Source of the DNA: an uncultured Gammaproteobacteria bacterium
Lineage (GTDB): Bacteria; Pseudomonadota; Gammaproteobacteria; Steroidobacterales; XN24
Reading direction: 5' to 3'
Length of the DNA stretch: 64,000 nucleotides
NCBI GenBank assembly: GCA_963709275.1
Contig: CAVPVZ010000003.1
Coordinates: forward strand, 8,694 to 72,693
Positions 35,945-53,003 of this stretch are shown here, one piece after another; within the stretch, counting starts at the first letter, position 1; every line of letters begins with the position of its first letter. Both the position numbers and the translations under genes were made by a program. Under the pieces are notes generated by a model. The model did no database searches. It saw only the letters and a program-made list of their open reading frames with translations, and was not told the origin of the DNA.

Positions 35945-36850
35945 GTGCCCGACGCAACCCGCACCGGGTCGATCTACGCGACTGCCGCGTTCGTGTTCTG
36001 GGGCCTGACCCCGATCTACTACAAGCTGCTGCCGCATGTCCCGCCGGCGGAGATTCTCGCCCACCGGGTGGTCTGGAGCGTGGTGTTCGGGGCGCTATTC
36101 GTGAGCGTCTCGCGCAGTTGGCCGGCGGTGCGCACGAGCCTGGGGGACTGGCGCATCCTGCGCGCACTGGCCCTGACAGCGACGCTGGTCAGCACCAACT
36201 GGCTGGTTTACATCTGGGCCATCGCCAACGACCAGGTGATGTCGACAAGCCTCGGCTATTACATCAACCCGCTCGTGAACGTGCTCCTCGGCATGCTTTT
36301 CCTGGGCGAGAAGCTCAATCGGGCCCGCGGCATCGCGGTGGCGCTCGCCGTGGTCGGCACAACCAGCCTAGCGGTCGACGTGGGCAGCCTGCCCTGGGTG
36401 TCACTGACGCTGGCCTTCAGCTTTGGCTTCTACGGGCTCATCCGCAAGCGGCTCGGCCTGCCGGGCATTGCCGCCCTGTTCGTCGAGACCCTGCTGGTGG
36501 CGCCGCTGGCGCTGCTTGCGCTGGCCTGGTTTCACCGCGACGGGCACGGGGCGTTCGGCGCGGACCTCTCTACCAGCCTGCTGCTGGTGCTGGCCGGCCC
36601 GGTGACGCTCCTGCCGCTGTTGTGGTTCGCGGAGGCGGCGCGTCGCCTGCCGCTGGTCACGGTCGGGTTCTTCCAGTATCTCGGCCCGACCCTGACGTTC
36701 CTGCTGGCGACCCTGGTGTACGGCGAGCAATTCACGCTCGCCTGGGCGATCACCTTCATCCTCATCTGGAGTGCCCTGGCAGTGTTCAGCCTTGACAGCC
36801 TGCGCACGCGTGCCCGGCTGAAGCGCGCGGCGCGGGAGGCGGGTGCATGA
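35945..36850 (+). CDS. rarD: EamA/RarD family permease
   Basis: WGLTPIY, EILAHRVVWS, SLGYYINPL and FFQYLGPT. Confidence 0.9.
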   Translation: MPDATRTGSIYATAAFVFWGLTPIYYKLLPHVPPAEILAHRVVWSVVFGALFVSVSRSWPAVRTSLGDWRILRALALTATLVSTNWLVYIWAIANDQVMSTSLGYYINPLVNVLLGMLFLGEKLNRARGIAVALAVVGTTSLAVDVGSLPWVSLTLAFSFGFYGLIRKRLGLPGIAALFVETLLVAPLALLALAWFHRDGHGAFGADLSTSLLLVLAGPVTLLPLLWFAEAARRLPLVTVGFFQYLGPTLTFLLATLVYGEQFTLAWAITFILIWSALAVFSLDSLRTRARLKRAAREAGA

Positions 36851-37401
36851 CGGCGCCGTGGGCCGCGTGGTACCTGCCGGCAGGGCTCGCACTGCTGGCT
36901 GTACTCGCCGTCGTCCTCGGGTGGATGTGGTACCGGCGGCGCGACCAACTCGACCAGATGCTGCGCAAGATCGCCTGGGACAGGCTGACCGACGTGCTTA
37001 TTCCGGATGACGTGGACGGGCAGATTCACCTCGACCTGGTGCTGCTGACGACCAACGGGATACTCGTGCTGGAGGTGCGGCGGGCCACGGGCACGCTTTT
37101 CTGGGGCGACCAGCTCGAGCACTGGACCCTGCTCGACGGCAGGCGCCGGGGCCAGATCCGCAACCCGCTGCCGGGACTACTGGCCAAGCGTCATGCGGTG
37201 CATGCCCTGGCGCCGCGGGTGCCGGTCAGCGGGCGCGTGCTGTTGCTGGGCGCTGTGACCATTTCCGGCGCCACCCCGCCCGGCGTGGTGACCGCAGAGG
37301 AGTTGCTCGCAGAGTTCCCGCCGCATGGCCGGCAGCCCGTGCCCGAGGCCCTGCAGGCGGCCTGGGCGGAACTGTCCGCCCAGGCGCAACCGTTGTCGTA
37401 G
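36847..37401 (+). CDS. NERD (nuclease-related) domain protein with an N-terminal TM anchor
   Basis: N-terminal TM helix, then LIPD..GQIHLD.VLLT..GILVLEVR and W...NP pattern typical of NERD. Confidence 0.7.
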   Translation: MTAPWAAWYLPAGLALLAVLAVVLGWMWYRRRDQLDQMLRKIAWDRLTDVLIPDDVDGQIHLDLVLLTTNGILVLEVRRATGTLFWGDQLEHWTLLDGRRRGQIRNPLPGLLAKRHAVHALAPRVPVSGRVLLLGAVTISGATPPGVVTAEELLAEFPPHGRQPVPEALQAAWAELSAQAQPLS

Positions 37402-37425
37402 TCGGCCTGGGACCGACGCGGCCGT

Positions 37426-38853
37426 TCAGGCCGCTCGCGCTACTTTCGCGCGGCTGTAGTGATCCGCCAGTACGCGCGCGACACAGGCCGTGATGCGCTT
37501 GCCGGTGTCGAGGTGCAGGAACTCGTTGGGACCGTGCGCATTGGAGTTCGGGCCGAGCACGCCGGTGACCAGGAACTGCACGCCGGGGAACTTCTCGCCC
37601 AGCATGCCCATGAAGGGAATGCTGCCACCCGTGCCCATGTACAGGGCGGGCTTGCCGAAAAACGCCTCCGAGGCAGCCTGCATGGAGGCCTCCAGCCACG
37701 GCGCGACCGGCGGCGCGTTCCAGCCGCCCATCGACGACTCGACGTCGAACTCGACCTCGGCGCCCAGCGGCGGGTCGGTTTCCAGCACCTTCTTCACCGC
37801 CGCGGCCGCCGCGACGGGATCCGCCGTGGGCGGCAGGCGGAAGGAGAGCTTGAGCGACGTCCAGGGACGCAGCGTGTTGCCGGCCGCGCCGGGCGCGGGC
37901 ATGCCCGCGGCGCCGGTCACGCACAAGGTGGGCCGCCAGGTGTTGTTGAGGATCAGTTCGACCGACTCCTGTGCCACCGGGCGCGTCGCACCCGCCCACG
38001 GGAAGCGCTGGTGGACGGTGTCGCCCAGCACCTTGGCGGCAGCCCTGGCCTGGTCGAGACGCGCCGCAGGTACCTCGCCGCGCAGCTCAGGTATGCGGCA
38101 CTCGCCGGTGTCGGGATCTTCCAGGCGGTCGAGCAGGAGGCGCAGCACGCGGAAGCTCGAGGGCACGATGCCGCTGGCGCCGCCGGAGTGCACGCCTTCC
38201 TTGAGCACTGCCGCCTTCAGCGTTCCGACCAGGTTCCCGCGCAGGGACGTGGTGGTCCACAGCTGCTCGTAGTTGCCGCATTCGGCGTCGAGACAGACCA
38301 CCAGGCTCGGCGTGCCGATGCGCTCTTCCAGGTGGTCGATGTAGTAGGGCAGGTCGAAGCTGCCGCTCTCCTCGCAGCCTTCGATCAGCACCACGCAGCG
38401 GGCGTGGGGCAGGCCCTGTTCCTGCAGCGCGCGGATGGCGGCCAGCGAGCCGAACACCGCATAGCCGTCGTCGGCGCCGCCGCGGCCGTACAGCTTGCCG
38501 TCGCGAATCACCGGCTCCCACGGCGTCAGCCCGTCGCTCCAGCCGTCGAACTCCGGCTGCTTGTCGAGATGGCCGTACAGCAGCACGGTGTCGTCGTTGT
38601 CGCCGTCGATCTCGATGAACAGCAGCGGGGTGCGGCCCTCCAGGCGGACGACCTCGATGTGCATGCCCTTGATCGGCTGCTTGCGGCACCATTCGGCCAT
38701 GAGTTCGGCGGCCTGGTCCATGTAGCCATGGCTGTCCCAGTCCGGATCGAAGTTGGGGGATTTGTTGGGAATCCTGACGTAGTCGCACAGGGTGGGCACG
38801 ATGCTCTCGTCCCAGATCCGGTTGGTGAACTCGAGGACCTTGGCGTTATCCAT
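37426..38853 (-). CDS. M20 family metallopeptidase (dipeptidase-like)
   Basis: YGHLDKQP, LYGRGGADDG, EGCEESGS, HSG, GGSIP and NAHGPNE. Confidence 0.93.
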   Translation of the reverse strand: MDNAKVLEFTNRIWDESIVPTLCDYVRIPNKSPNFDPDWDSHGYMDQAAELMAEWCRKQPIKGMHIEVVRLEGRTPLLFIEIDGDNDDTVLLYGHLDKQPEFDGWSDGLTPWEPVIRDGKLYGRGGADDGYAVFGSLAAIRALQEQGLPHARCVVLIEGCEESGSFDLPYYIDHLEERIGTPSLVVCLDAECGNYEQLWTTTSLRGNLVGTLKAAVLKEGVHSGGASGIVPSSFRVLRLLLDRLEDPDTGECRIPELRGEVPAARLDQARAAAKVLGDTVHQRFPWAGATRPVAQESVELILNNTWRPTLCVTGAAGMPAPGAAGNTLRPWTSLKLSFRLPPTADPVAAAAAVKKVLETDPPLGAEVEFDVESSMGGWNAPPVAPWLEASMQAASEAFFGKPALYMGTGGSIPFMGMLGEKFPGVQFLVTGVLGPNSNAHGPNEFLHLDTGKRITACVARVLADHYSRAKVARAA

Positions 38854-38895
38854 TGTGTGGCTCCATCTCGTCAGGCGTATCAGGCGTCAATTGTA

Positions 38896-39674
38896 CTAGA
38901 GAGTGAACAGGGCTTCGGCATTCGCCGAGGTAGCCGCCGCCAGGCGCTGGGCGTCGACCTCCATCAGCCGCGCCAGTGCGTACAGTACGTGCGGCAGGTG
39001 CATCGGCTCGTTGCGCCGTGTGCGCGGCTTCGGGTCGAGGTCCCGCGGCAGCAAATACGGCGCATCCGTCTCGATCATGACGCGGTCCAGCGGCAGGAAG
39101 CGCGCGGCGGCGCGCAGTGCGTCGCCGCGTCGCTCGTCGCAGATCCAGCCGGTGATGCCGATGTACAGGCCACGATCGAGATAGTCCCGCATTTCATCCG
39201 GGCCGCCGGTGAAACAGTGCGCTACGCCGGCGGGCATCCGGGCGCCGCACTCGTCCAGGATGGCGACGAAACGTTCATGGGCGTCGCGCTGGTGCAGGAA
39301 CACCGGCAGGCCGGTTTCCATGGCCAGGCCCAGTTGCCGGCGAAAGGCCGCTTCCTGGCTGGCACGGGGCGAGAAGTCGCGGAAAAAATCGAGTCCGCAT
39401 TCCCCTACGGCGACGGCCCCCGGCTGCGCCAGCAACTGGCGCAGCTGCGGCAGGTCGGAGTCATCCAGTTCGCTGGCATGGTGAGGATGCACGCCGACCG
39501 TGGCATACAGCCCGGCGCCGGTCTGTGCGAGCTGGACTGCCGCTTCGCTGGAGTCCAGCGTGCTGCCGGTGACGATCATGCGCGTCACGCCGGCGTCGCG
39601 CGCCCGCGCCATGACCGCCTCCCGGTCGGAATCAAAACTGTCGTGGGCCAGGTTGACCCCGATATCGACCAGAT

Positions 39675-39678
<4 letters not shown>
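38896..39678 (-). CDS. tatD: TatD family DNase
   Basis: DIGVNL, GVHPH, VGECGLD, FLHQRDA, HCFTG, GITGW.CDERRG and ETDAPYL. Confidence 0.95.
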
Positions 39679-44129
<4,451 letters not shown>

Positions 44130-44187
44130 CTCCTTACAGGCAAACTCTGTATGATGCCTGCTGTGCTGCGCTTGAGGGTCGTGGTTG

Positions 44188-45834
44188 ATGAGCGATGACG
44201 GCGAAGGATCCGGTGGTGGCGGGCTGTTCGCGGAGCTGAAGCGGCGTCGCGTTATCCGGGTTGTCGTGCTGTATGCGATCGGCGGCTGGATCGTCATCGA
44301 AGTCGCCTCCACGGTGCTTCCCAACCTCAACCTCCCGGGGTGGTCGGTCACGCTGGTGACGGCGCTGGTCGGCCTGGGTTTCCTGCTGGCCGTCTCCCTC
44401 GCCTGGGCGTTCGATCTCGGTCCCGACGGTGTCCAGCGCACCCCGCCTCGTCGCGCCGAGCAGCCCGCGCCACCGCCGGACCCGCCGGCCCCCGCGCCCG
44501 CGGCGCGGCCAGCGCCCGAGCCGACGGCCGCCGCGAAGCCCAGCGACGCGCGCAAGTCCATTGCCGTGCTGCCGTTCGTGAACATGAGCGGCGACGCCGA
44601 GAACGAATATTTCAGCGACGGCATCGCCGAGGAGATCCTGAATCTCCTCGTCAAGCTGCCGCAGTTGCGTGTCGCTTCCCGGACCTCCTCGTTCATTTTC
44701 AAGGGCAAGTCGGTCGGCATCCCGGAGGTGGCGGCCAAGCTGGGCGTCAGCAGTGTCCTCGAGGGCAGTGTCCGGCGCGCGGGTGACCGCGTGCGCATCA
44801 CGGCGCAGCTGATCGACGCCGACACGGACTCGCACCTGTGGTCGGAGACCTACGACCGCGAGCTCAAGGACGTGTTCCAGATCGAGGACGACATCGCCAA
44901 GAGCATCGTCGATGCGTTGCAGATGACTCTCACGCCGAAGGAACGGCGCGCCATCCAGGTGGTGTCCACCTCGGATGCGAGGGCCTACGACTATTACCTG
45001 CGCGGGCGCAGCTACATGTACACCATGACGCGGCGCGACTATGAGTGCGCCATCCGCATGTTCGAGCAGGCGATCGTCCTCGACGACAAGTATGCGCTCG
45101 CCTATGCGGGTATCGGCGATGCCTATTCGCACTTGTACCGCTACGCCGAAGCCACCCAGGAGAATGTACGCAAGGCGGTAGAGGCAAGCGAGAGAGCGGT
45201 CGCGCTGGATCCGGACTCCGCGGAAGCACGGGCCTCGCACGGGCTGGCGATGTTCATCAGCGACGACTACGAGGCGGCCGAGCGCGAGTTCTCCCGCGCG
45301 ATCGAGCTGAACCCCAACCTCTGGGAACCCTATTACTACTTCGGTCTTGCCTGGTCGTCGAAGGGCGAGTTCGAGAAAGCCATCGTGATGTACAAGAAGG
45401 CGATGGAAGTGAATCCGGCGGATTACCAGGCGCCGATTTTCATCGCGCAGTCCTACGCATCGCTGGGACGCAAGCACGATGAGATGAAGGCCCGTCTCGC
45501 CTCGCTGGAGCAGATCCAGCGGCACCTGGACATGAATCCGCACGACACGCGCGCGCTCTATGTCGGCGCGAACCAGTTCGCCAATGTCGGTGAGTTCGCC
45601 AAGGCGCAGGAGCTCGCCGAACGGGCCCTCGGTCGTGACCAGGAGGAGCCCGTGGTGCTCTACAACGTGGCGTGTTTTTACGCCATGAAGGGAGACGCGA
45701 ATCGGGCCATGGAGCTGCTGGAACGGGCTGTCGATAACGGCTGGGGCGACAAGGCCTGGCTGGAAACCGACCCCGACCTGGACTCGCTGCGCGAAGATCC
45801 GCGCTTCCAGGCCCTTATGGGGCGAATTCACTAG
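44188..45834 (+). CDS. Membrane-anchored protein with a TolB_N-like domain and TPR repeats
   Basis: ELKRR.V two-TM N-terminus, Pro/Ala linker, SIAVLPFVNMS...YFSDGIAEE, VLEGSVRR...RITAQLI..HLWSETYDR, multiple TPRs and DPDLDSLREDPRF end. Confidence 0.85.
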   Translation: MSDDGEGSGGGGLFAELKRRRVIRVVVLYAIGGWIVIEVASTVLPNLNLPGWSVTLVTALVGLGFLLAVSLAWAFDLGPDGVQRTPPRRAEQPAPPPDPPAPAPAARPAPEPTAAAKPSDARKSIAVLPFVNMSGDAENEYFSDGIAEEILNLLVKLPQLRVASRTSSFIFKGKSVGIPEVAAKLGVSSVLEGSVRRAGDRVRITAQLIDADTDSHLWSETYDRELKDVFQIEDDIAKSIVDALQMTLTPKERRAIQVVSTSDARAYDYYLRGRSYMYTMTRRDYECAIRMFEQAIVLDDKYALAYAGIGDAYSHLYRYAEATQENVRKAVEASERAVALDPDSAEARASHGLAMFISDDYEAAEREFSRAIELNPNLWEPYYYFGLAWSSKGEFEKAIVMYKKAMEVNPADYQAPIFIAQSYASLGRKHDEMKARLASLEQIQRHLDMNPHDTRALYVGANQFANVGEFAKAQELAERALGRDQEEPVVLYNVACFYAMKGDANRAMELLERAVDNGWGDKAWLETDPDLDSLREDPRFQALMGRIH

Positions 45835-45933
45835 CAGGCGCCGGCGTCGGTCCCGCGCCGGCAGCGCTCATCAGACAACCTGTCCTGCATTCTATTCGGT
45901 CGCCGCGGGCGTTCCGGGGGGAGGCAAAGATTT

Positions 45934-48004
45934 ATGCGAGCCATTGTCATAACCACCGCCCTGGCCCTGGCCGGGCCTGCCGCCTTCGCGCAGGGGGCCG
46001 AGGAAATCGCCCCGGCCCGCGCCGCACCGCTCGCCTGGCAGGACCTGCCCGGACGCATCGACGTGGTCTGTCCCTTCCGCAGCGAGATCGACTACGAACC
46101 CGGCGAGATCGAGTGTGGTTTCATCACTGTGCCGGAGAATCGCTCGGACCCGGACAGTCGCCTGATCCGCGTTCACTTCGTCAGGATCGCCGCGACAGGT
46201 GATGAGGATGCGGAAGAGGGCGCGGACGAGCAGGTTCGCGACGACCCGATCGTCTATCTGACCGGCGGGCCCGGCGTTGGCGTCGGCGCCTATGTTTCGC
46301 GGCTGCGCGAGCACGAGGTGGTCAAGCACCGCGATCTCTACATTCTCGAGCAGCGCGGCATCGGCGCGAGCGGAGATCCGTGCCCCTTCTTCAGCGACAC
46401 CAACCGGGCCGCGCTGTGGACGGAGAGCCTCTACGAGACCGAGGTCGAGGCGGGCGAGCGCATGCGGGCCTGTTTCCAGGTGGCCGCCGCGGCGGGCATC
46501 GACCTGTCGGGCTACAACACCATCGAGAACGCACGTGACGTGCGCGCCCTGCGCGAGGCGCTGGGCCTGGCGCAATGGAACGTCTGGGGCATCTCCTACG
46601 GTTCGCACCTCGGCCAGATGCTGCTGCGCGAGGATCCCGACGGCGTGCGCGCCATCGTCCTCGACGCCATCGTGCCGAACGATATCGGTGAACTCATGCG
46701 CATCGGCCGCTGGGCGAACATTGTCCTGGAGAACATCTTCTCCACCTGCGAGGACGCCTCGGTCTGCGCGGACCTGCAGGCGCGCTTCGACGCGGCGCTG
46801 GAAAAGGCGAAGGCCGACCCCGTGATCGTCGAGACGGACCAGACCGAGCTCTATCCGGCAGGGAAGGTGCGCTTTGGCGGCGAGATCGTTGCCTTTGCAC
46901 CGTTCATGATGATGTACGAGCAGGACGAGCATCCCGCCATCCCGGCAGTCATGGCGACGCTCATCAACGCCTTCGAGAAACGCGACATGACGGTGTTCGA
47001 GCTGCTGGCCTCGGACGGCGGAGATGAAGGCTCGGGCGGGATGACGATTTCGCTCGGCATGGCGAACGCGATCCGCTGCAACGACGGTTACTATGCCGCG
47101 TCGGCCGCGGTGGCAGCCAGCGACCTTGACGAAAACCCGCGTTTCAGGAACCTGATGTTCACGCCGGAAGGTGCGGCCTACCGAGGCCCGCGTGTGCGAG
47201 GAAGAAGGCCTGGGCCCGCGCAATCGTGACGCCTATGCGCTCGTCGAGTCAGCCGTTCCAGCCCTGATCGTGAACGGGGCCTGGGACCCGGTGACGCCGC
47301 CCGCGCTGGCGCGGGCCATCGTCCCCGGTTTTTCCAACGGTCGCTATATCGAGGTGCCCTATGCGGGGCATGGCCCGACCCGCTCTATGAGCGAATGCGC
47401 GGGTGGTGTGTTGACGGCGTTCTTTGACAACCCGGACCCGGCCGCGCTCGACGCATCCTGCCTCGAGGAGGGCGTGGAGCGACCGGACTATCTCGACCTG
47501 TTCCAGACCACTGCGATCCGCCGTGCGGGCATCCTGGCGGCTGACGACCCGAAGACGCTGGCAGCCCCGGGCGCCTGGGCCGGCGCCTCGTTGCTTGTGC
47601 TCGTGTTCGCCTTTTTCGCCTATCCGATGGCCTGGCTGGCGCGCGCCATCGACCGGCGCCGCACCTTCGCTGCGGGCGGGCAGGCCGCAGGCGTGCGTGG
47701 CTTCGGCTGGCTGGCCGCCCTGAGCGGGCTCGGGTTTGCCGGGCTGATGGGGTTCGCCGGCTACCAGGCCAGCGAGGTGTCGACCTTCGCCCTGCTCACG
47801 GGGCTCGCTCCGATGGCAAGCATGGCGTCATGGCTGAGCCTGCTCGCCGGGCTGTTCGGCCTGGCGGCACTCTTCCAGGTGTGGCGCGCCCGCTCGTCCC
47901 GGGATGGAGTGCAGGTCGGCACGCTCGCCGGCGGCACGCTGACCGGGCTGGCCGCGCTGTCGCTGGCAGTCTTCGCCTTCGCCTGGGACCTCGCGCCGCT
48001 CTAG
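45934..48004 (+). CDS. Exported alpha/beta hydrolase (TAP-like/peptidase S33) with C-terminal TM segments; frameshift near 47185
   Basis: Signal peptide, ECGFITVPEN, L.GGPG, EQRG.G.S, GISYG nucleophile, WDPVTP and AGHG; four hydrophobic helices at the C-terminus. Confidence 0.85.
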
Positions 48005-48070
48005 GTGGGGCCGGCAACGCCGGGCATGGCCTCCGCCGTCGCGCCGGGCGGGGGCGGCTGCCGCGGTGCT

Positions 48071-49363
48071 TCATGCTGCCAGCCGCCACGCGGCCCAGGC
48101 CAGCGAGAACAATGCGCCGGACACCAGTCCGAGCCACGCGAGCGCTCGCAGCACAGGGCCCGGCCTGGCGGCCTGCGGCACGTGCGGTGCGGTGACGGCC
48201 CGCAGGGTGATCCATGCGATCACCGGGGCGGCCACGAAGGACAACGTCGTGGCGAAATCGATCAGGCGGGTGAATGCCTCGCCGGCAAACACCAGCACCA
48301 GCAGGGCGCCGCCGCTGACCACCGCAACCGCGGCGAGGTAGGGCCCACGCCTCGGCGGGCGGGCATCGACTGCGGCATCGCCTCCGGCGCGGGCAGCGCC
48401 GACGATGGCTGCGAGCACGCGCGGATAGGCGTCGGCCACCGCAAGGGTGGTGCTGAACATCGTGCTCAGCGCGGCAACGGTGATCAGCGGCCGGCTCCAG
48501 TCGCCAAGGTTCTGCGCGTACAGCTCGACCAGCTGGCCGGAGAAACCGACGGCGGAGTCTGCGAACTGGAGCCCGCTGGCATGCATGAGCAGGGCGCCGA
48601 GCATGACGAAGGCGACGGCCAGCACCACTGCGCCGGCGTAGCCGAGACGAAAATCCAGCAGCGCCTCGGCCAGGCTGGGCGCGTATCCCGTTTGCACGGC
48701 TCGCTCGCGGGTCCACAGCGAGCTCCAGGCGGCGGCCTCGACCGGGATCGGCATCCAGCCGACCAGCGCGAGCAGGAAGGCGATGCCGGCCGTGCTGCCC
48801 AGTGCGGGCAGGCGGTCGAGACCACTGAGACCGCTCCAGTCCGGGGTACTGCCAAGGGCGAGGGCCAGCGCGAGCAGGGTGGACACGGTGAGCACAGCCA
48901 TGAGCAGCTTCATCGCCAGGTCGAGTCCGCGGTAATTGCCGATCGCCAGCAGCCCGATGCAAAGGGCAAGCACGCCGGCGGAGATGTGCAGCGGAGGGGC
49001 GTCGATGCCGAGCAGCAATCCGGCCAGGCCCGCTGTCACCAGCGTGACCACCGCAAGCACAATGAACATGGTGCCGACGGTGGCCAGAGCGAACAGCCAC
49101 AGCGCCCAGTTGCCGACCCGGCGGTAGCCCACCAGCAGGCTTTCGCCCGTGGCCGCGGCGTAGCGCGGGCCGAATTCGAGGAAGGGGTATTTCAGCAGGC
49201 AGGCCAGGAGCACCACCGGCAGCAGCAACAAGCCGTACTCGGCGCCCGCCCGGGTGGACTGCACCAGGTGGGACACGCCGACCGCTGCGGCCGCCATCAG
49301 CAGGCCCGGGCCGAGGGTCTTGCGCAGGTTGGAAGCAGCCCGGCGTTGATCCTGGTGGTCCAC
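48071..49363 (-). CDS. Nramp-like (APC superfamily) transporter
   Basis: LGPGLLMAAAAVGVSHLVQSTRAGA.YG, GESL, GWMP and MFSTT; about 11 TM segments; SD GAGG before GTG. Confidence 0.8.
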   Translation of the reverse strand: MDHQDQRRAASNLRKTLGPGLLMAAAAVGVSHLVQSTRAGAEYGLLLLPVVLLACLLKYPFLEFGPRYAAATGESLLVGYRRVGNWALWLFALATVGTMFIVLAVVTLVTAGLAGLLLGIDAPPLHISAGVLALCIGLLAIGNYRGLDLAMKLLMAVLTVSTLLALALALGSTPDWSGLSGLDRLPALGSTAGIAFLLALVGWMPIPVEAAAWSSLWTRERAVQTGYAPSLAEALLDFRLGYAGAVVLAVAFVMLGALLMHASGLQFADSAVGFSGQLVELYAQNLGDWSRPLITVAALSTMFSTTLAVADAYPRVLAAIVGAARAGGDAAVDARPPRRGPYLAAVAVVSGGALLVLVFAGEAFTRLIDFATTLSFVAAPVIAWITLRAVTAPHVPQAARPGPVLRALAWLGLVSGALFSLAWAAWRLAA

Positions 49364-49396
49364 AGATTATCCTCAATTAAACAGCACGGTACAGGC

Positions 49397-49416
49397 GATA
49401 ATTAATTCTCTTTATC
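49397..49416. promoter_or_regulatory. Fur-box-like AT-rich element upstream of the Nramp-like gene
   Basis: GATAATTAATTCTCTTTATC (GATAA-N10-TTATC). The minus-strand 19-mer matches GATAATGATAATCATTATC at 12/19 positions by manual count. Confidence 0.45.
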
Positions 49417-50154
49417 TCATATCGCCGCGACCAGCGCGGGGAGGCTGACAGCGGCCGGGCCGGTGACGACAAAGTCGGCCTCCGCACTCAGGGGCGTGCT
49501 GTGGAGGTTCATTTCCACCACCAGCGCACCACCCCGGCGTGCCACTTCCGGCAGTGCCGCCGCGGGTGTGACCAGGCCGGAGGTGCCGATCGCGAAGAGG
49601 ATGTCGGCCTCGCCGGCGCCGCGCCAGGCACGCTCCAGCGCTGCTGCCGGGATGGCCTCACCGAACCACACCACGCCCGGTCCCATGAGCTCGCCGCAGT
49701 CGGAGCACGGCGGCGGCGCCGGCAGTTCCGGATCCGGCTGCGTGGCGACGTGGCCGCAGGCGCGACAGCGGTTGGTGAAGAGGTTGCCGTGGAACTCCAC
49801 AGCGTCGACGCTGCCGGCGCGCTGGTGCAGTCCATCGACGTTCTGGGTCACGAGCAGGGTTTCCGGCAGCCGGGCTTCGAGGGCGGCGATGGCGTGGTGT
49901 GCCGGGTTGGGCGCGACGGCGGCGACCTGGCGTCGTCGCTCCCGGTACCAGTCCCAGACCAGTTGCGGGTCCTGCTGGAAGGCTTCCGGCGTGGCCAGTT
50001 CCGCCGGCTGGAAGCGTGCCCACAGGCCGGTCAGGGCATCGCGAAAGGTGGGCACGCCGCTCTCCGCGGAGACGCCGGAGCCGGTGAGGAAAACGACGCG
50101 GCCGGCCTGCCGGAGTGCATCCAGCAGGCCGGCCGGCAGGGTCGTCGACGCCAC
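49417..50154 (-). CDS. cobB: NAD-dependent protein deacylase (class III sirtuin)
   Basis: TGSGVSAESGVPTFR, WYRER, PNPAH, TQNVDGLH, HG, two CxxC Zn pairs, VVWFGE and GTS. GTG start is approximate. Confidence 0.93.
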   Translation of the reverse strand: MASTTLPAGLLDALRQAGRVVFLTGSGVSAESGVPTFRDALTGLWARFQPAELATPEAFQQDPQLVWDWYRERRRQVAAVAPNPAHHAIAALEARLPETLLVTQNVDGLHQRAGSVDAVEFHGNLFTNRCRACGHVATQPDPELPAPPPCSDCGELMGPGVVWFGEAIPAAALERAWRGAGEADILFAIGTSGLVTPAAALPEVARRGGALVVEMNLHSTPLSAEADFVVTGPAAVSLPALVAAI

Positions 50155-50167
50155 GGGCGTCGTGTGC

Positions 50168-52921
<2,754 letters not shown>

Positions 52922-53003
52922 GATTCCTCCGAGACCGATCGAGGGCGTGCCGACCCGGACAGTAGCTGCCGGGCGGAGACAGCCGTTGATTATAGCGGAT
53001 GGC

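Noticed and set aside
38871-38887. Direct repeat TCAGGCGT-A-TCAGGCGT upstream of the M20 peptidase
   Set aside because: Only two 8-bp copies with no supporting context.
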